Shown here in pieces: positions 1 to 11,392 of a stretch of 64,000 nt of DNA. Below the pieces are notes generated by a model, which was not told the origin of the DNA, searched no databases, and saw only the letters and a program-made list of their open reading frames with translations. Source of the DNA: an uncultured Prevotellaceae bacterium (lineage in GTDB: Bacteria > Bacteroidota > Bacteroidia > Bacteroidales > Bacteroidaceae); the NCBI GenBank assembly GCA_902761605.1, contig CACWLC010000008.1:45956-109955 (forward strand), written 5' to 3'. Both the position numbers and the translations under genes were made by a program. Positions within the stretch are counted from its first letter, which is position 1, and each line of letters opens with the position of its first letter.

Positions 1-881
1 TGCCTTCAGCTCATGGGTTGTTTCACAAGGCTATTATTCAGAGTGGATCAACACTAACTCAGACAGAACCGGAACAAAGCAGAGCGCTTGGATTGGCGAT
101 GCTAGAGGAATTGGGTGTCAATGCAAAGAATGCTGACAAGCTTCTGGACAGCTTTACCTATGAACAACTGCTCGACGCAAGCAATAAGGCTGTACAAAAA
201 CTGGCCAAAGCAGGAGACGGAGGTAGAAGGATGATGGGAGGTTCACCAGTGGTAGATGGCAATATCCTGCCGACACATCCCTTTAGCCCTGCAGCACCGG
301 AGATCAGCAAGGACATACCTGTCATCATCGGTACCGACTTCAATGAATTCTCATTTGAGAACACACCTCTGACAATGGAGGAAGCAACAAAATTGCTCAA
401 GGAACGTTATGGCGAAAAGACCGACGATTATATCGCTGCTTTTAAAAAGATGTATCCTGAGAAGACACCTCGTGAGATGGTGGCTATAGATTTGGGATTC
501 CGAAAGGGAGCGATACGTCAGGCAGAACTGAAGAGTAGACAGAAGGGAGCACCGATATACCATTACCTATTTACATGGCAACCCACAACCAATGTACTGG
601 CTGCATCACACGGAATGGAACTGCCGTTTATGTTCAACAACGTGGCCCTGCAACCGGAGATGACCGGCAACACCGCTGAGGCACATGCCTTGGAAAACAT
701 CATGAGCAATGCCTGGATACAGTTTATTAAGACTGGAGACCCGAATCATGAAGGGATGCCGAAGTGGGAGCCATTCACAGAAGAGAATCCTGTCTACATG
801 ATTTTTGACAACGAGTGTAAGATGAAAACCGTGGATGCCGACACCAAGGCGCTCATGGAATTCGGGAAACCAATATTTTAA
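1..881 (+). CDS. Carboxylesterase type B family protein (5' truncated by window)
   Basis: LFHKAIIQSG, IIGT..NE and ASHGMELPFMF motifs; W..F.KTGDPN tail. Confidence 0.85.
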   Translation, partial: PSAHGLFHKAIIQSGSTLTQTEPEQSRALGLAMLEELGVNAKNADKLLDSFTYEQLLDASNKAVQKLAKAGDGGRRMMGGSPVVDGNILPTHPFSPAAPEISKDIPVIIGTDFNEFSFENTPLTMEEATKLLKERYGEKTDDYIAAFKKMYPEKTPREMVAIDLGFRKGAIRQAELKSRQKGAPIYHYLFTWQPTTNVLAASHGMELPFMFNNVALQPEMTGNTAEAHALENIMSNAWIQFIKTGDPNHEGMPKWEPFTEENPVYMIFDNECKMKTVDADTKALMEFGKPIF

Positions 882-903
882 AGGTAAAAAGGAAAAAGAT
901 ATA

Positions 904-3435
904 ATGAAGAAACTATTAAATACCGCCTTGCTGCTGACAAGTATCATAGCAGCAGGAGCACAAAATGAACCTATTTGTATCAACCTAGCACAGAAGGGGA
1001 CTGTTGTGTCACCTTCCCTCTATGGCATCTTCTTTGAAGAGATCAACCATGCCGGTGACGGAGGACTCTATGCCGAACTAGTACAGAACCGTGGATTCGA
1101 AGAGCATGTGCTGCCATCTAGCATGACATACAAAAAGGGGAAAGCATATGCCATCGATGCCATGAACTATGAGCATCGCAACAACCGCAAGTGGAACATC
1201 CCATGGAATATTGAGGAGAAGAAGATGACTGGCTGGAAGGTTTCTTGGGACAATGCCACTGTGACAGGACAAGTGGTCAAGGCTAAACAACCGCTACATC
1301 CTAACACTCCCAACGCTATGCAACTCATCATCAAGAAGGTGCAACCGGGCGGTAGGGTCATACTGACAAACACAGGCTACTGGGGCATGGGGTTAAAACA
1401 GGATGAGAAATACGATCTACGCTTCTATGTCAACAGTAGCAACTTTAATGGCAATATTACTGCCCGCCTGAGAGACAGTGAAACTAAAACCACATTGGGC
1501 ACCGCAGAATTTAAGGGCAAAGCCATCCATGGATGGACAGAATTTACCGCTACGCTGACTGCCAATGGTACAGCTTCAAAAGGAGAACTTGCCCTGGAGT
1601 TCGACAAACCAGGAACGATACTTATTGATTACGTGTCGCTCTTCCCACAGGCTACCTTTAAGGGACGCAAGAACGGACAACGGGCTGATGTCGCTCAAAT
1701 GCTCGTAGACCTGCACCCGAGATTCATGCGCTGGCCTGGAGGATGTATCGTTGAGGGCGCTACATATGAGAATCGCGTGAAATGGAAAGAGACACTCGGT
1801 GACCCGATGACACGTCGTGGCGAATGGGACCTCTGGGGCTACCGTGCCACATGGGGCATGGGCTATCATGAGTTCCTGCTATTCTGTGAGGACCTCGGAA
1901 TGGACGCTATGTTCGTCAACAATGCCGGTATGTCGTGCTCAGTACGCAACGGCGACTTCGTGAACAGCGATGCCGATATGGATGCCGTCATACAAGACTT
2001 CCGCGATGCTATCGACTATGCATTAGCAGACCCTACTTCTAACAAATGGGCGAAAATGCGCGCCGATGCAGGACATCCGAAACCGTTCCCCCTGAAATAT
2101 GTGGAGATAGGCAACGAGAATGTCGGTCCTGAATATGTTACTCACTTCAATTATATCTTCAAGAAACTGAAGGCGGAATACCCGCAGATAATATTTATCA
2201 ATACCCTTGGACATACTGACCCGCTGTTGGCGCAGATTCCAGGAGATTACATGGTTGACCCGCACTGGTATCGTAATCCCGACTTTTTCTTCAACAACAA
2301 CCACCTCTTCGACGATGCACCAAGGACTCACGACATCTATGTCGGTGAGTATGCCTGCAACGGCGGTGTGGGAGCTGGCAACCTGATAGCAGCCATCAGC
2401 GAGGCTGCATTCATCATGGGTATGGAGCGTAACAGCGACGTGGTGAAGATGTCGTCGTATGCACCGCTCTTTGAGAACGAGAATCAGCGTGACTGGCCCT
2501 GCAACCTCATCCACATCAACAGCTCAGAGGTCTATGGCCGCGCATCCTACTACGTACAGCAAATGGCTGCCGAGAACCGTCCTACATATAATATATATGT
2601 GAGCGAAACCACACGCCCTGGCGAGAAGCATCTATTTGAAGCCGGTACTATCGCCCTCGGTGGATTCGGATCCAAATGCGAATACAAGGAAATCAATGTA
2701 ATGACTGCCGACGGCAAGGTGAAGGAAATCACAGCTGACCAGTTCAAGTTCAAGAATGGCGAGTGGAACTGTGACAGAGGCTTAATCTCACTCATCAAGG
2801 CTGAACACGGGGCCATTGCACTACTGCCGTCATTCAAGGCCGACAGATATACGCTACAAATGAAGGTGCGCAAGATGGAGACTACGGGCAATGCATCAAT
2901 ATATTTTGGCATGGATAGCGAAGGCCGTAAAGGATATTCTGCCAACATAGGCGGATGGGGCAACCACATGGTGTCGCTGCAACCTGTACGTAATGGACGT
3001 CCTGGTGATTTCATCGGACATCCTGGAAATATGGAGATTGAGCAAGGGAAATGGTATAGTGTCAAGATTGAAATATCACCGGAATTTACCAAACTCTTTA
3101 TTGATGGCAAGGAAATGTGTGGCGGAGAACCGCCAATGCAAACACCACAGCACTGTCAGGCGGGATATGATGAGGAAACCGAAGAACTAGTCATCAAGGT
3201 TGTCAACGGCACCAATCAGCCCTACCTACGTTCATTTGTTATTGATGGCACTAAGAACGTAATGCCTACAGGCAAGGTGATTACACTCTCTGGAAATGCT
3301 GAGGATGAGAATTCTTTCGAACAGCCTACAAAAGTGGCTCCAAAGACTTCACTCTATGGAAAGTTTGACAAACAATTTTCCTACGAGTTCGCACCTATGT
3401 CATTTACTATTATGCGTATTAAAGTTGTATTGTAG
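904..3435 (+). CDS. Alpha-L-arabinofuranosidase, GH51
   Basis: LYGIFFEEINHAGDGGLYAE, RWPGGC, EIGNEN and YVGEYA motifs; signal peptide MKKLLNTALL from ATG 904. Confidence 0.9.
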   Translation: MKKLLNTALLLTSIIAAGAQNEPICINLAQKGTVVSPSLYGIFFEEINHAGDGGLYAELVQNRGFEEHVLPSSMTYKKGKAYAIDAMNYEHRNNRKWNIPWNIEEKKMTGWKVSWDNATVTGQVVKAKQPLHPNTPNAMQLIIKKVQPGGRVILTNTGYWGMGLKQDEKYDLRFYVNSSNFNGNITARLRDSETKTTLGTAEFKGKAIHGWTEFTATLTANGTASKGELALEFDKPGTILIDYVSLFPQATFKGRKNGQRADVAQMLVDLHPRFMRWPGGCIVEGATYENRVKWKETLGDPMTRRGEWDLWGYRATWGMGYHEFLLFCEDLGMDAMFVNNAGMSCSVRNGDFVNSDADMDAVIQDFRDAIDYALADPTSNKWAKMRADAGHPKPFPLKYVEIGNENVGPEYVTHFNYIFKKLKAEYPQIIFINTLGHTDPLLAQIPGDYMVDPHWYRNPDFFFNNNHLFDDAPRTHDIYVGEYACNGGVGAGNLIAAISEAAFIMGMERNSDVVKMSSYAPLFENENQRDWPCNLIHINSSEVYGRASYYVQQMAAENRPTYNIYVSETTRPGEKHLFEAGTIALGGFGSKCEYKEINVMTADGKVKEITADQFKFKNGEWNCDRGLISLIKAEHGAIALLPSFKADRYTLQMKVRKMETTGNASIYFGMDSEGRKGYSANIGGWGNHMVSLQPVRNGRPGDFIGHPGNMEIEQGKWYSVKIEISPEFTKLFIDGKEMCGGEPPMQTPQHCQAGYDEETEELVIKVVNGTNQPYLRSFVIDGTKNVMPTGKVITLSGNAEDENSFEQPTKVAPKTSLYGKFDKQFSYEFAPMSFTIMRIKVVL

Positions 3436-3470
3436 ATTTTGTACTTATAAGTTAGTTAATTGATTAGTAG

Positions 3471-3510
3471 AGGGGAACTCATGTCGAGAAGATATTGGCT
3501 CCCCCTTTTA
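3471..3510 (+). terminator. Probable intrinsic terminator after GH51
   Basis: AGGGGAAC...GCTCCCC stem followed by TTTT. Confidence 0.55.
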
Positions 3511-3591
3511 TACAGAAAATAATAGAAACGACAACAACAGAGATTTAACAAACTTTAGAGACGGACAGGACAATAATTCACGGATATTTTG

Positions 3592-3599
3592 TATCTTTG
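3592..3599 (+). promoter_or_regulatory. Bacteroidota -7 promoter box
   Basis: TATCTTTG matches TAnnTTTG, upstream of ATG 3633. Confidence 0.6.
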
Positions 3600-3632
3600 T
3601 AGCCTACATAATGAATAAAAGAATATATTGAT

Positions 3633-6233
3633 ATGAGAAAAAAACTACTTTTACCTTTATTACTGTTACCTCTGGGTGTATTGGCTTACGACCTGAGCAG
3701 AGTAAGCGTACATGACCCAAGTATCGTTTGGGAACCGGAATCCCAGTATTACTATATCTTCGGTTCGCATCGGGCTGTAGCTAAAAGCAAAGATATGATT
3801 GGCTGGACAGATGTGAAAATAGGAAAACTTGATACTGGTGAGCTTGCAGGAGTGCCCTGGAAGACAAAGACAAGCGACAATGCCTTTAGCAAGGATGCCT
3901 TTGAGACCCCTGCTGTTACAAAGGTGAAGAAAGGTGGCCAGGAGGTTAGCCTGCCTAATTTCAACGCTCGTGCATGGGCTGCCCGTGGCACAATAATCAC
4001 CAATAGGAATAGGAAAGAAAACAAAACATACAATATCAGCGGAAACCTATGGGCGCCAGATGTCATCTGGAACAAGTCGATGAAAAAATGGTGCATGTAT
4101 ATGAGCGTAAACGGTGATTATTGGTACTCGAGTATCGTATTGCTTACTGCCGACAATATTGAAGGGCCTTATGAATATCAGGCACCGGTGGTTATCAGCG
4201 GTTTCTTTGAGAACAATTCGTATAAAGACACCGATTTGGAACTGGTTATCGGTGAACAGGCTTCCCTACCCTCTCGATATGCAATGAAATCTGATGGAAA
4301 CGGCAACTGGGGCGAACGCTATCCAAATAATATCGACCCATGTGTGTTCTATGACGAACATGGCAAGTTGTGGATGTCATACGGCTCATGGAGCGGTGGT
4401 ATCTGGATGCTTGAACTCGACGAGAACACAGGCCTGCGTGACTATGATGTGACCTATACCCTCACCGGTAGCGGCAACGGTATCACTGTTGACCCATATT
4501 TCGGGAAAAAGATTGCTGGAGGGCATTATGTGTCTGGTGAGGCCTCATATATAGAATACATAGGAGGATATTATTTCCTTTTTATTTCATACGGCGGTTT
4601 GGAGGCAGGAGGTTATAATGACAAAGGTATACCTATTGGAGGCTACCAGATGCGAGTGTTCCGCTCAGAGAATCCCGATGGTCCGTATGTTGACACTAAC
4701 GGCATCAGCGCCGTTTATAGCAGTTATGTGATGAATTATGGTCCCAACAGCGACAATCGTGGAGTGAACATCTTTGGAGCATACGGTGAATGGGGCTATC
4801 AGGCAAAAGGTAACTGGAGTGAACGGGCTCAGGGCCATAACAGTATCATCGATGCACCTGACGGACGAACCTATCTGGTATATCACACACGTTTCCAGAA
4901 TCAGGGCGAAGGGCATCAGGTACGTGTGCACCAGGTGTTCCAAAACGAGAATGGCTGGCTCGTGGCAGCTCCTTTTGAATACACAGGCGAACAAGTGAAG
5001 AGTGCTGACATTGCTGCCACTCAGCAGATTGCCAACGACAAAATTGTCGGAGGCTACAAATTGCTGACCCATAGGTATGGCCTCAACCACGCCAATAAAG
5101 ACCTGGCAACACCAGTAGAGGTGTCTCTCAATAGCGATGGTAGTATCAGTGGCGCATTATCTGGCTCATGGAGTATCAAGGAAGGAACTTCGTATATCAC
5201 CATCAAGTTTGGTGGTGTAGACTATAGTGGAGTGATGGTAGAACAGACCATGGAACCTGGACTATCGAAGGTTGCTGCTTTCTCTGCCCTAGCTAAGAGT
5301 GGCGTTACCATCTGGGGTTACAAGTATACTGACACCACTACTCCTGAAGAACCGCCTGTGGAAGCCACATGGACTTATAGGCAGGACTTCAGTAGTACCG
5401 ATGGGCTGACCATTGTCGGTAGTGGTTCGTTCATAGAGGATGCTACTTTTGGTCACGCCTATCAGAACGGAGGCGGGGCAGTCAGAAGCCATTACCTCCT
5501 GCTACCCGAGGATGTACTCTCACATGCCAAGGAAACACAGCAGATGACCATCGCCTTCTGGGTGAACGCCTCTAACGCGGGAGCACTGAATGACTATACT
5601 TATGCCCCATTATTCGCGGCATACGGGGCTGCTCCTGGTGCCACTAACACATGGCCTATGCTAACCATGCAGAGTCGAGGACCTGTACAATTGAACTGCT
5701 CTGGCTACTGCGACTTTGAGGGAACAAACCACGTAGCAGGCAAAGTAAACATCTACCATAAGAATGCATGGGAAGCTTCTGATGCAAAATACAACTTTGT
5801 ACGAAACTGGCTTGATGACGGTAAATGGCACTACTATGCCATCACTTTCAAGGCCAACGAAGTGGTTCAGTATATGGATGGAGAGATTACCAACCAGTGG
5901 ATTCTTAACCCCGCTGTTGAAGGACAGTGCATCACAGGTATCTTCAACCATGGTGCCGACTTAAAGTACATCTGCCTTGGAGGCAATCAGGCATGGGACT
6001 GGAATGACAATGATGCAAAGTTTATGTTTGCAAATCTGCTCATTCAGAACAACGCCATGTCGATGAGCGATATTAAAGCCCAGATGACTAGCGACACTAC
6101 CAGCGGCATCTCTATCATCAGGAATGAAGAAAATTCTGACAGTTACATATATGATCTTCACGGACATAGGGTAACTGTTCTGAAGAAAAACTGTATATAC
6201 ATCCAGAACGGAAAGAAATTTGTTTGGAGATAA
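3633..6233 (+). CDS. GH43 endo-arabinanase-like protein with LamG-like domain and T9SS-type C-terminal tail
   Basis: SVHDPS, LWAPDV, IDPCVFYD and QGHNS motifs; DGKWHYY LamG-like segment; YDLHGHRV...YIQNGKKFV tail. Confidence 0.85.
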   Translation: MRKKLLLPLLLLPLGVLAYDLSRVSVHDPSIVWEPESQYYYIFGSHRAVAKSKDMIGWTDVKIGKLDTGELAGVPWKTKTSDNAFSKDAFETPAVTKVKKGGQEVSLPNFNARAWAARGTIITNRNRKENKTYNISGNLWAPDVIWNKSMKKWCMYMSVNGDYWYSSIVLLTADNIEGPYEYQAPVVISGFFENNSYKDTDLELVIGEQASLPSRYAMKSDGNGNWGERYPNNIDPCVFYDEHGKLWMSYGSWSGGIWMLELDENTGLRDYDVTYTLTGSGNGITVDPYFGKKIAGGHYVSGEASYIEYIGGYYFLFISYGGLEAGGYNDKGIPIGGYQMRVFRSENPDGPYVDTNGISAVYSSYVMNYGPNSDNRGVNIFGAYGEWGYQAKGNWSERAQGHNSIIDAPDGRTYLVYHTRFQNQGEGHQVRVHQVFQNENGWLVAAPFEYTGEQVKSADIAATQQIANDKIVGGYKLLTHRYGLNHANKDLATPVEVSLNSDGSISGALSGSWSIKEGTSYITIKFGGVDYSGVMVEQTMEPGLSKVAAFSALAKSGVTIWGYKYTDTTTPEEPPVEATWTYRQDFSSTDGLTIVGSGSFIEDATFGHAYQNGGGAVRSHYLLLPEDVLSHAKETQQMTIAFWVNASNAGALNDYTYAPLFAAYGAAPGATNTWPMLTMQSRGPVQLNCSGYCDFEGTNHVAGKVNIYHKNAWEASDAKYNFVRNWLDDGKWHYYAITFKANEVVQYMDGEITNQWILNPAVEGQCITGIFNHGADLKYICLGGNQAWDWNDNDAKFMFANLLIQNNAMSMSDIKAQMTSDTTSGISIIRNEENSDSYIYDLHGHRVTVLKKNCIYIQNGKKFVWR

Positions 6234-6243
6234 ATGATTCAAC

Positions 6244-8285
6244 ATGAAATATCTAACTTTTATATTTTCTATTGCATATAGCCTGATGGTTTTTGCTCAA
6301 GAAAGGTCATGGACCGCAGATAATGGCAACGGTACATTTACCAATCCACTATTCTATGATGAGTTCTCTGATCCAGACATCATCCGTGTGGGCGATGACT
6401 TTTATCTTGCCGGCACCACCATGCACACTGTTCCCGGATTGGTGATTCTGCACTCCAAGGACCTGGTAAACTGGGAGAACATATCATATTGCTTTGACCG
6501 TTTCGACTTCGATGACGATGCCTTCTCACTAAAGAATCACAAGGAGATCTATGGTCAGGGCATCTGGGCTCCTGCCATCCGTTATGCCAACGGACAGTTT
6601 TATGTGTTCTCCAACATCAATGGCAAGGGCTTGCAATGCTATACATCAAAAGATATCCGCGGCCCTTGGAAACATCATAATATGCAAGGACGCATATACG
6701 ACCTGTCTGTTCTCTTCGACGACGATGGTAAGCTGAGTTGAAACCCGACATGAGCGGACCTATCGAGGAAACAGAACGTACGATAATTCCCGAAGGCAAT
6801 GCTGTTGGCGAAGGGCATCACATGTATAAGATAAATGGAATGTATTACCTTATCTCAACAGACTATAAGCCCAACGGGCGCACGCTCTGTAGCCGTTCAA
6901 AGAGTATCTGGGGCCCTTACGAAACCATCACTATCACTGCCGACGAGACATTCGGCTATCATGCAGCACCCCTGACTCAAGTGCCACGAGGAGAAAAATA
7001 CCGTATCGGTGAAGATGGTACGAAATTTGGCATTCCTCAGGTAGACAAAGACGCAACAGCATGTACAAACATCCATCAGGGCGGTATCGTTGAAGACCAG
7101 AACGGACAATGGTGGGCACTGCTCATGATGGACTTCCATTCCATCGGTCGTACAGTGACCCTTGCTCCTATCACCTGGAAAGACGGATGGCCTATGCTTG
7201 GTCTTGAAGGGAACCTGGGCCGTGCACCTCGCACATGGTTCAAACCCAATATCAGCTTAAACGAGAAACATCATGCTCCATATGAACGCAATGAGGATTT
7301 CAATGGGAAAGCTCTTGGTCGGGTATGGCAATGGAATCACAACCCAGACGACAGCAAGTGGAGTCTTAAAAATGGGCGACTTCGCCTTCAGTCGATGCCT
7401 GCAGAGCAACTGATGTGGGCACGTAATTCTCTCACCCAGAGAGTCATCGGTCCAAAAAGCATCGCTACGGTAGAACTTTACACTAAAGGAATGAAGGATG
7501 GCGATGTGGCAGGATTGGGCAATATCAATGTTCCTTGTTCATGGATAGGCATAGTGAAGAATGGAAAAGAGATGACTCTGCGTTGCTTCGAGCAAGCCAT
7601 CAACGATACTATTGATGTCTCTTTGGAAAAAGCTGATAAACTATGGCTACGTATGGTTGGCGACTTCGACAACGATTGTGCCCACTATGAGTATTCTCTC
7701 GATGGCGCGAGCTATAAACAGTTAGGTCGCGAGATGCCACTGTCTTATCAACTTATCTCATTCCAAGGCTCTCGCCACGCGCTCTTTGCCTTCAATCATA
7801 AGGGAAGGAATGGCGGCTATGCAGAGTTTGACAACTTCATAATAGAAGAACCCCTGGCAGACCGCAGTCATAACATCCCATACGGTAAGTCTATACGAAT
7901 CATTAACCTTGCCACAAAGAAACCCATGAAGGCACTGACTCATGGACTGTTATATGATACAGATGCAAAAGACAACACTCCTCAGACACGTTTCCGTGTT
8001 ATAGACAGAGGCCAGGGCAAGGTAATCCTCCAGTGTGAGGACGGCCGTTATATCTTCTGCGCAGGCTTTGGGATAGCTGGCGATGTACGTCTTACCACTG
8101 ATGAATCCAGGGCAGAAGTCTTTCTTTGGCAAGACTATCTGAATCATGAGTTCATGCTCATGTCAATGAGAAACCACCGCTATATCGGCAAGAGTCCTAC
8201 TACCGGTAGTCCTTACTCTATGGACTTCACCGGCTCCGACCCTGCCCGAAGAAATGGTGCTGTGTTCCGATGGATATGCGAATAG
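6244..8285 (+). pseudogene. GH43 beta-xylosidase/arabinofuranosidase split by a frameshift near 6732
   Basis: N-terminal half (FSDPDIIRVG, IWAP, LFDDDGK; 6244-6741) continues in another frame (ELKPDMSG, GEGHH, HQGG; 6738-8285). Confidence 0.8.
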
Positions 8286-8377
8286 GTGCAACTTTTTTCA
8301 TTTTTTTATTGTTTTTTCATTTCTTTTTCGTATCTTTGCCAACGGAAAAGTAAATAACAACTAAAAACAATACGAAA

Positions 8378-10198
8378 ATGAAGAAGATCAAATCCCTTTT
8401 GCTGGTTGCCATCATGGCATTCTTCGGTGCTACAAGTGCCGTTGCAGGAAACTACATGAATATGGAACCATTGAAATTGCAGACTCCTGAGATGAAGCCT
8501 GAATTGGTGGCTATCCCCAACCGCGACTACCGCCCCGAACTGGAGTTACGCAATAGTTCTACAAGAGTAAGCGATGTCAATAAATACCGCATGACCTGGA
8601 ATCGCACCAACGAGGGTGTTAAGCCTTACAAGGTTATGGATGACCTGACGTTTGTAGGTGTGCCCTTGTTTTTTGCAGGCTTGGCAGTAAAGGGCGACAA
8701 GGCTATGTTCCGCGTAAACAATAAGGATGGTAAGAAGAATACTCAGTTGCTTACCGACTTCAAGACGGGTATTGATGACTACACACAGTTCTTCGGTCCT
8801 GTCATGACTGTTGGTCTTAAGCTCGGAGGATATGAGGGACGTAGTGACTGGGGCCGTCTGTTGGCTTCGGCAGGTATGTCGTATGCCATCATGGCCGGTT
8901 TTGTCAATGGTATCAAGTATACTGCTAAGGAGATGCGTCCAGACGGTAGTAGTGCCAACTCATGGCCTTCTGGCCATACAGCCACTTCCTTCGTGGGTGC
9001 TACCATTCTGCATAAGGAGTATGGTCTTACCCGTTCACCATGGTTCTCTATCGCCGGTTATGGTGTTGCTACGGCTACAGGTATTATGCGTGTGTTGAAC
9101 AACCGTCACTGGATTAGCGATGTAATGTCGGGAGCAGGTATCGGTATCATGTCAACAGAGTTGGGATATGCCCTTGGTGACATTCTCTTCAAGGGAAATG
9201 GTCTCCTGCGTAATGACCTTATATCCGACTCTGAGAATCCATCGTTCTTCGCAATCTCTATGGGTCTCGGATTGGGAACAAAGAATATCGGTTTCGGAAT
9301 AGAAGATGTTGTAAACCCAGAGCGTTACAAGGCTTCAGACCTCGGCTATGATGACGAAGAGGCTATAGATGACGAAGAAGGTCCGAATATTCACTTCCGT
9401 CCGGCTACTGTAGTAGATGTAGAAGGAGCATATTTCTTCAACAAGTACATAGGTATCGGTGGTCGTGCACGTGTTCGTGCTATGTCAGCAAAGTCGTTCG
9501 GACAATATACAGAACTGGCTGCTGAGGATCAGGCTTACGGCTGGTATGATGTTGTGGGCGGACTTTATTCTAACAAGGATGAGTTCTATAAGAAGGCCGT
9601 AGAAGGTGGAAGTCCAATAGAAGATCTAGGTGGTGTCGTAGAGAGCGATCACTTGACTGAGTTTTCTGCCAGCGTCGGTCTGTATCTGAACCTGCCTCTG
9701 AGCAATCGTTTCTCATTAGGAACAAAGTTCCTTATCGGACGTTCGTTTACTCAGGAGCTTGATATCGATGGCTATGCCTCTGGTTACGTTAAGGATGTTA
9801 ATTATCGTCTGGTTCTCCAAGACGGAAATCTGATTACAGATGAAAGCTATTTATCTTATCCTTTTAACACAAGCGCTGGAGATAAATACTCTTCAAAATG
9901 GGATTATCTGACTCTTGGCTCAGAGAGTTCTACCACATGGGGTACTGGTATTTCGCTGACCTATCGTTACAAGTCAAACTTTGCATGGAGATTGTTCGTA
10001 GACTACGATTACTCTAAGAAGAACTTCACCATGAAATACGATCCGTATCACTATCTTAAGGATGGTCTTACTGAAAATGCCTTCAACATGGTTCAGTTCG
10101 TGTCTGACTATTCAAATTATCTTGATCCTATTGAGTTCAGGAAGACAAAGAAGATGAACTATTACACCATTGGTATGTCATTTATGATAAATATCTAA
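8378..10198 (+). CDS. PAP2 phosphatase fused to a C-terminal beta-barrel-like region
   Basis: K...KEMRPD, SWPSGHT and MRVLNNRHWISDV PAP2 motifs; C-terminal amphipathic strands; signal peptide. Confidence 0.75.
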   Translation: MKKIKSLLLVAIMAFFGATSAVAGNYMNMEPLKLQTPEMKPELVAIPNRDYRPELELRNSSTRVSDVNKYRMTWNRTNEGVKPYKVMDDLTFVGVPLFFAGLAVKGDKAMFRVNNKDGKKNTQLLTDFKTGIDDYTQFFGPVMTVGLKLGGYEGRSDWGRLLASAGMSYAIMAGFVNGIKYTAKEMRPDGSSANSWPSGHTATSFVGATILHKEYGLTRSPWFSIAGYGVATATGIMRVLNNRHWISDVMSGAGIGIMSTELGYALGDILFKGNGLLRNDLISDSENPSFFAISMGLGLGTKNIGFGIEDVVNPERYKASDLGYDDEEAIDDEEGPNIHFRPATVVDVEGAYFFNKYIGIGGRARVRAMSAKSFGQYTELAAEDQAYGWYDVVGGLYSNKDEFYKKAVEGGSPIEDLGGVVESDHLTEFSASVGLYLNLPLSNRFSLGTKFLIGRSFTQELDIDGYASGYVKDVNYRLVLQDGNLITDESYLSYPFNTSAGDKYSSKWDYLTLGSESSTTWGTGISLTYRYKSNFAWRLFVDYDYSKKNFTMKYDPYHYLKDGLTENAFNMVQFVSDYSNYLDPIEFRKTKKMNYYTIGMSFMINI

Positions 10199-10206
10199 GG
10201 GTATTC

Positions 10207-10914
10207 TTAACTCTTAGCGAAGCCGAGGGAGAGGACGCTGAAGCGAACTCCCTCGGCTTTGCTCATTTCTTTGGCACAGGCAATGATGGTGGCTCCTGTG
10301 GTAACGACATCATCGATGATAAGCAGATGCTTGCCTCTGATACTATCGCCATCGATGAGCTCGAAGACATTCTCCACATTCTCATTACGCTCCCAACGGC
10401 CTTTGCTGGTCTGGCTACCACTAAAAGTGTTTCGCTTTACAACCTTATCATAAATGGGTAGACGCGTTATTTTACTCACTCCCTTTGCTATCTCCATACT
10501 CTGGTTATAGCCCCTCTGACGTTCACGCTTTTTTGCAAGTGGTACAGGTACAATCCCATCAATTCCATCGAAGAAGTCGCCTCTTTCCAGTTCGCGAGCC
10601 ATCATCCTTCCCATCGTCTCGCCTATCTCGGGATGGTTCTTGTATTTCAGTTCATAGAGGATATTAGCCGTTTCAGCATGAGCCTCATAGTAGAAGAGTG
10701 CTGTGGCCCGTTCGATGGGAATCTGTCCCCAGAACATCTTTGCCATGATATTCTCCTGAGGGTCACGCTGAAAACCGGTACGAGGCAGGTGAAGGTTACA
10801 TTTCCCACAGAGCACCTCCTCCGTAACAGACAACCTTTCGCCACAGACGGTACATAGTCTTGGCGATATAAGGTCTAATAGACGAGTCCATAAACTAATC
10901 CTCATCGCTCTCAA
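10207..10914 (-). CDS. comF: ComF family phosphoribosyltransferase-like protein
   Basis: CTVC..C GKC zinc motif, RGYNQS, LIIDDVVTTGAT. Confidence 0.9.
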   Translation of the reverse strand: MRAMRISLWTRLLDLISPRLCTVCGERLSVTEEVLCGKCNLHLPRTGFQRDPQENIMAKMFWGQIPIERATALFYYEAHAETANILYELKYKNHPEIGETMGRMMARELERGDFFDGIDGIVPVPLAKKRERQRGYNQSMEIAKGVSKITRLPIYDKVVKRNTFSGSQTSKGRWERNENVENVFELIDGDSIRGKHLLIIDDVVTTGATIIACAKEMSKAEGVRFSVLSLGFAKS

Positions 10915-11392
10915 AATCGTCTTCGTCGATATCGCTCACATCGAGACATTGACGGATGATGTCGAACGTAAATCCCCGTCCATAAGCAAAACGAACAAGC
11001 TTCTGGTTCAGTTCATAGTCGCTATTGGCCTTTATGCTCTTCCGTTTCTGTTTCAAGAGAGGCTTGAGCACGTCAAGATACTCTTTTTCATCGATTTCAT
11101 CGAGAACTTCATCCTGTATCTCCTTATCGATACGTTTCATCCAAAGGCCCTGTTGTACCTTCCTACGACCCCACTTATTGTAGCGTATCTTGTCTTTCAC
11201 GAAGGCACGGGCATAACGTCTGTCGTCTACATACCTCTCCTCGATAAGCTGTGCCATGACTCTCGCCTGAGCCTCCTCAGAGAGTTCCCAGCGTTTCATC
11301 TTCTCGAGCATCTCATACTGACAGTGCTCGGCATTTGCACATAAAGCGGCCAGCTGCAGGAAGGCCTCTTCTTCAGTCTTTTCTTTTTTCAT
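10895..11392 (-). CDS. recX: Regulatory protein RecX
   Basis: YVDDRRYA, KWGRRK, FAYGRGF motifs. Confidence 0.9.
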   Translation of the reverse strand: MKKEKTEEEAFLQLAALCANAEHCQYEMLEKMKRWELSEEAQARVMAQLIEERYVDDRRYARAFVKDKIRYNKWGRRKVQQGLWMKRIDKEIQDEVLDEIDEKEYLDVLKPLLKQKRKSIKANSDYELNQKLVRFAYGRGFTFDIIRQCLDVSDIDEDDFESDED

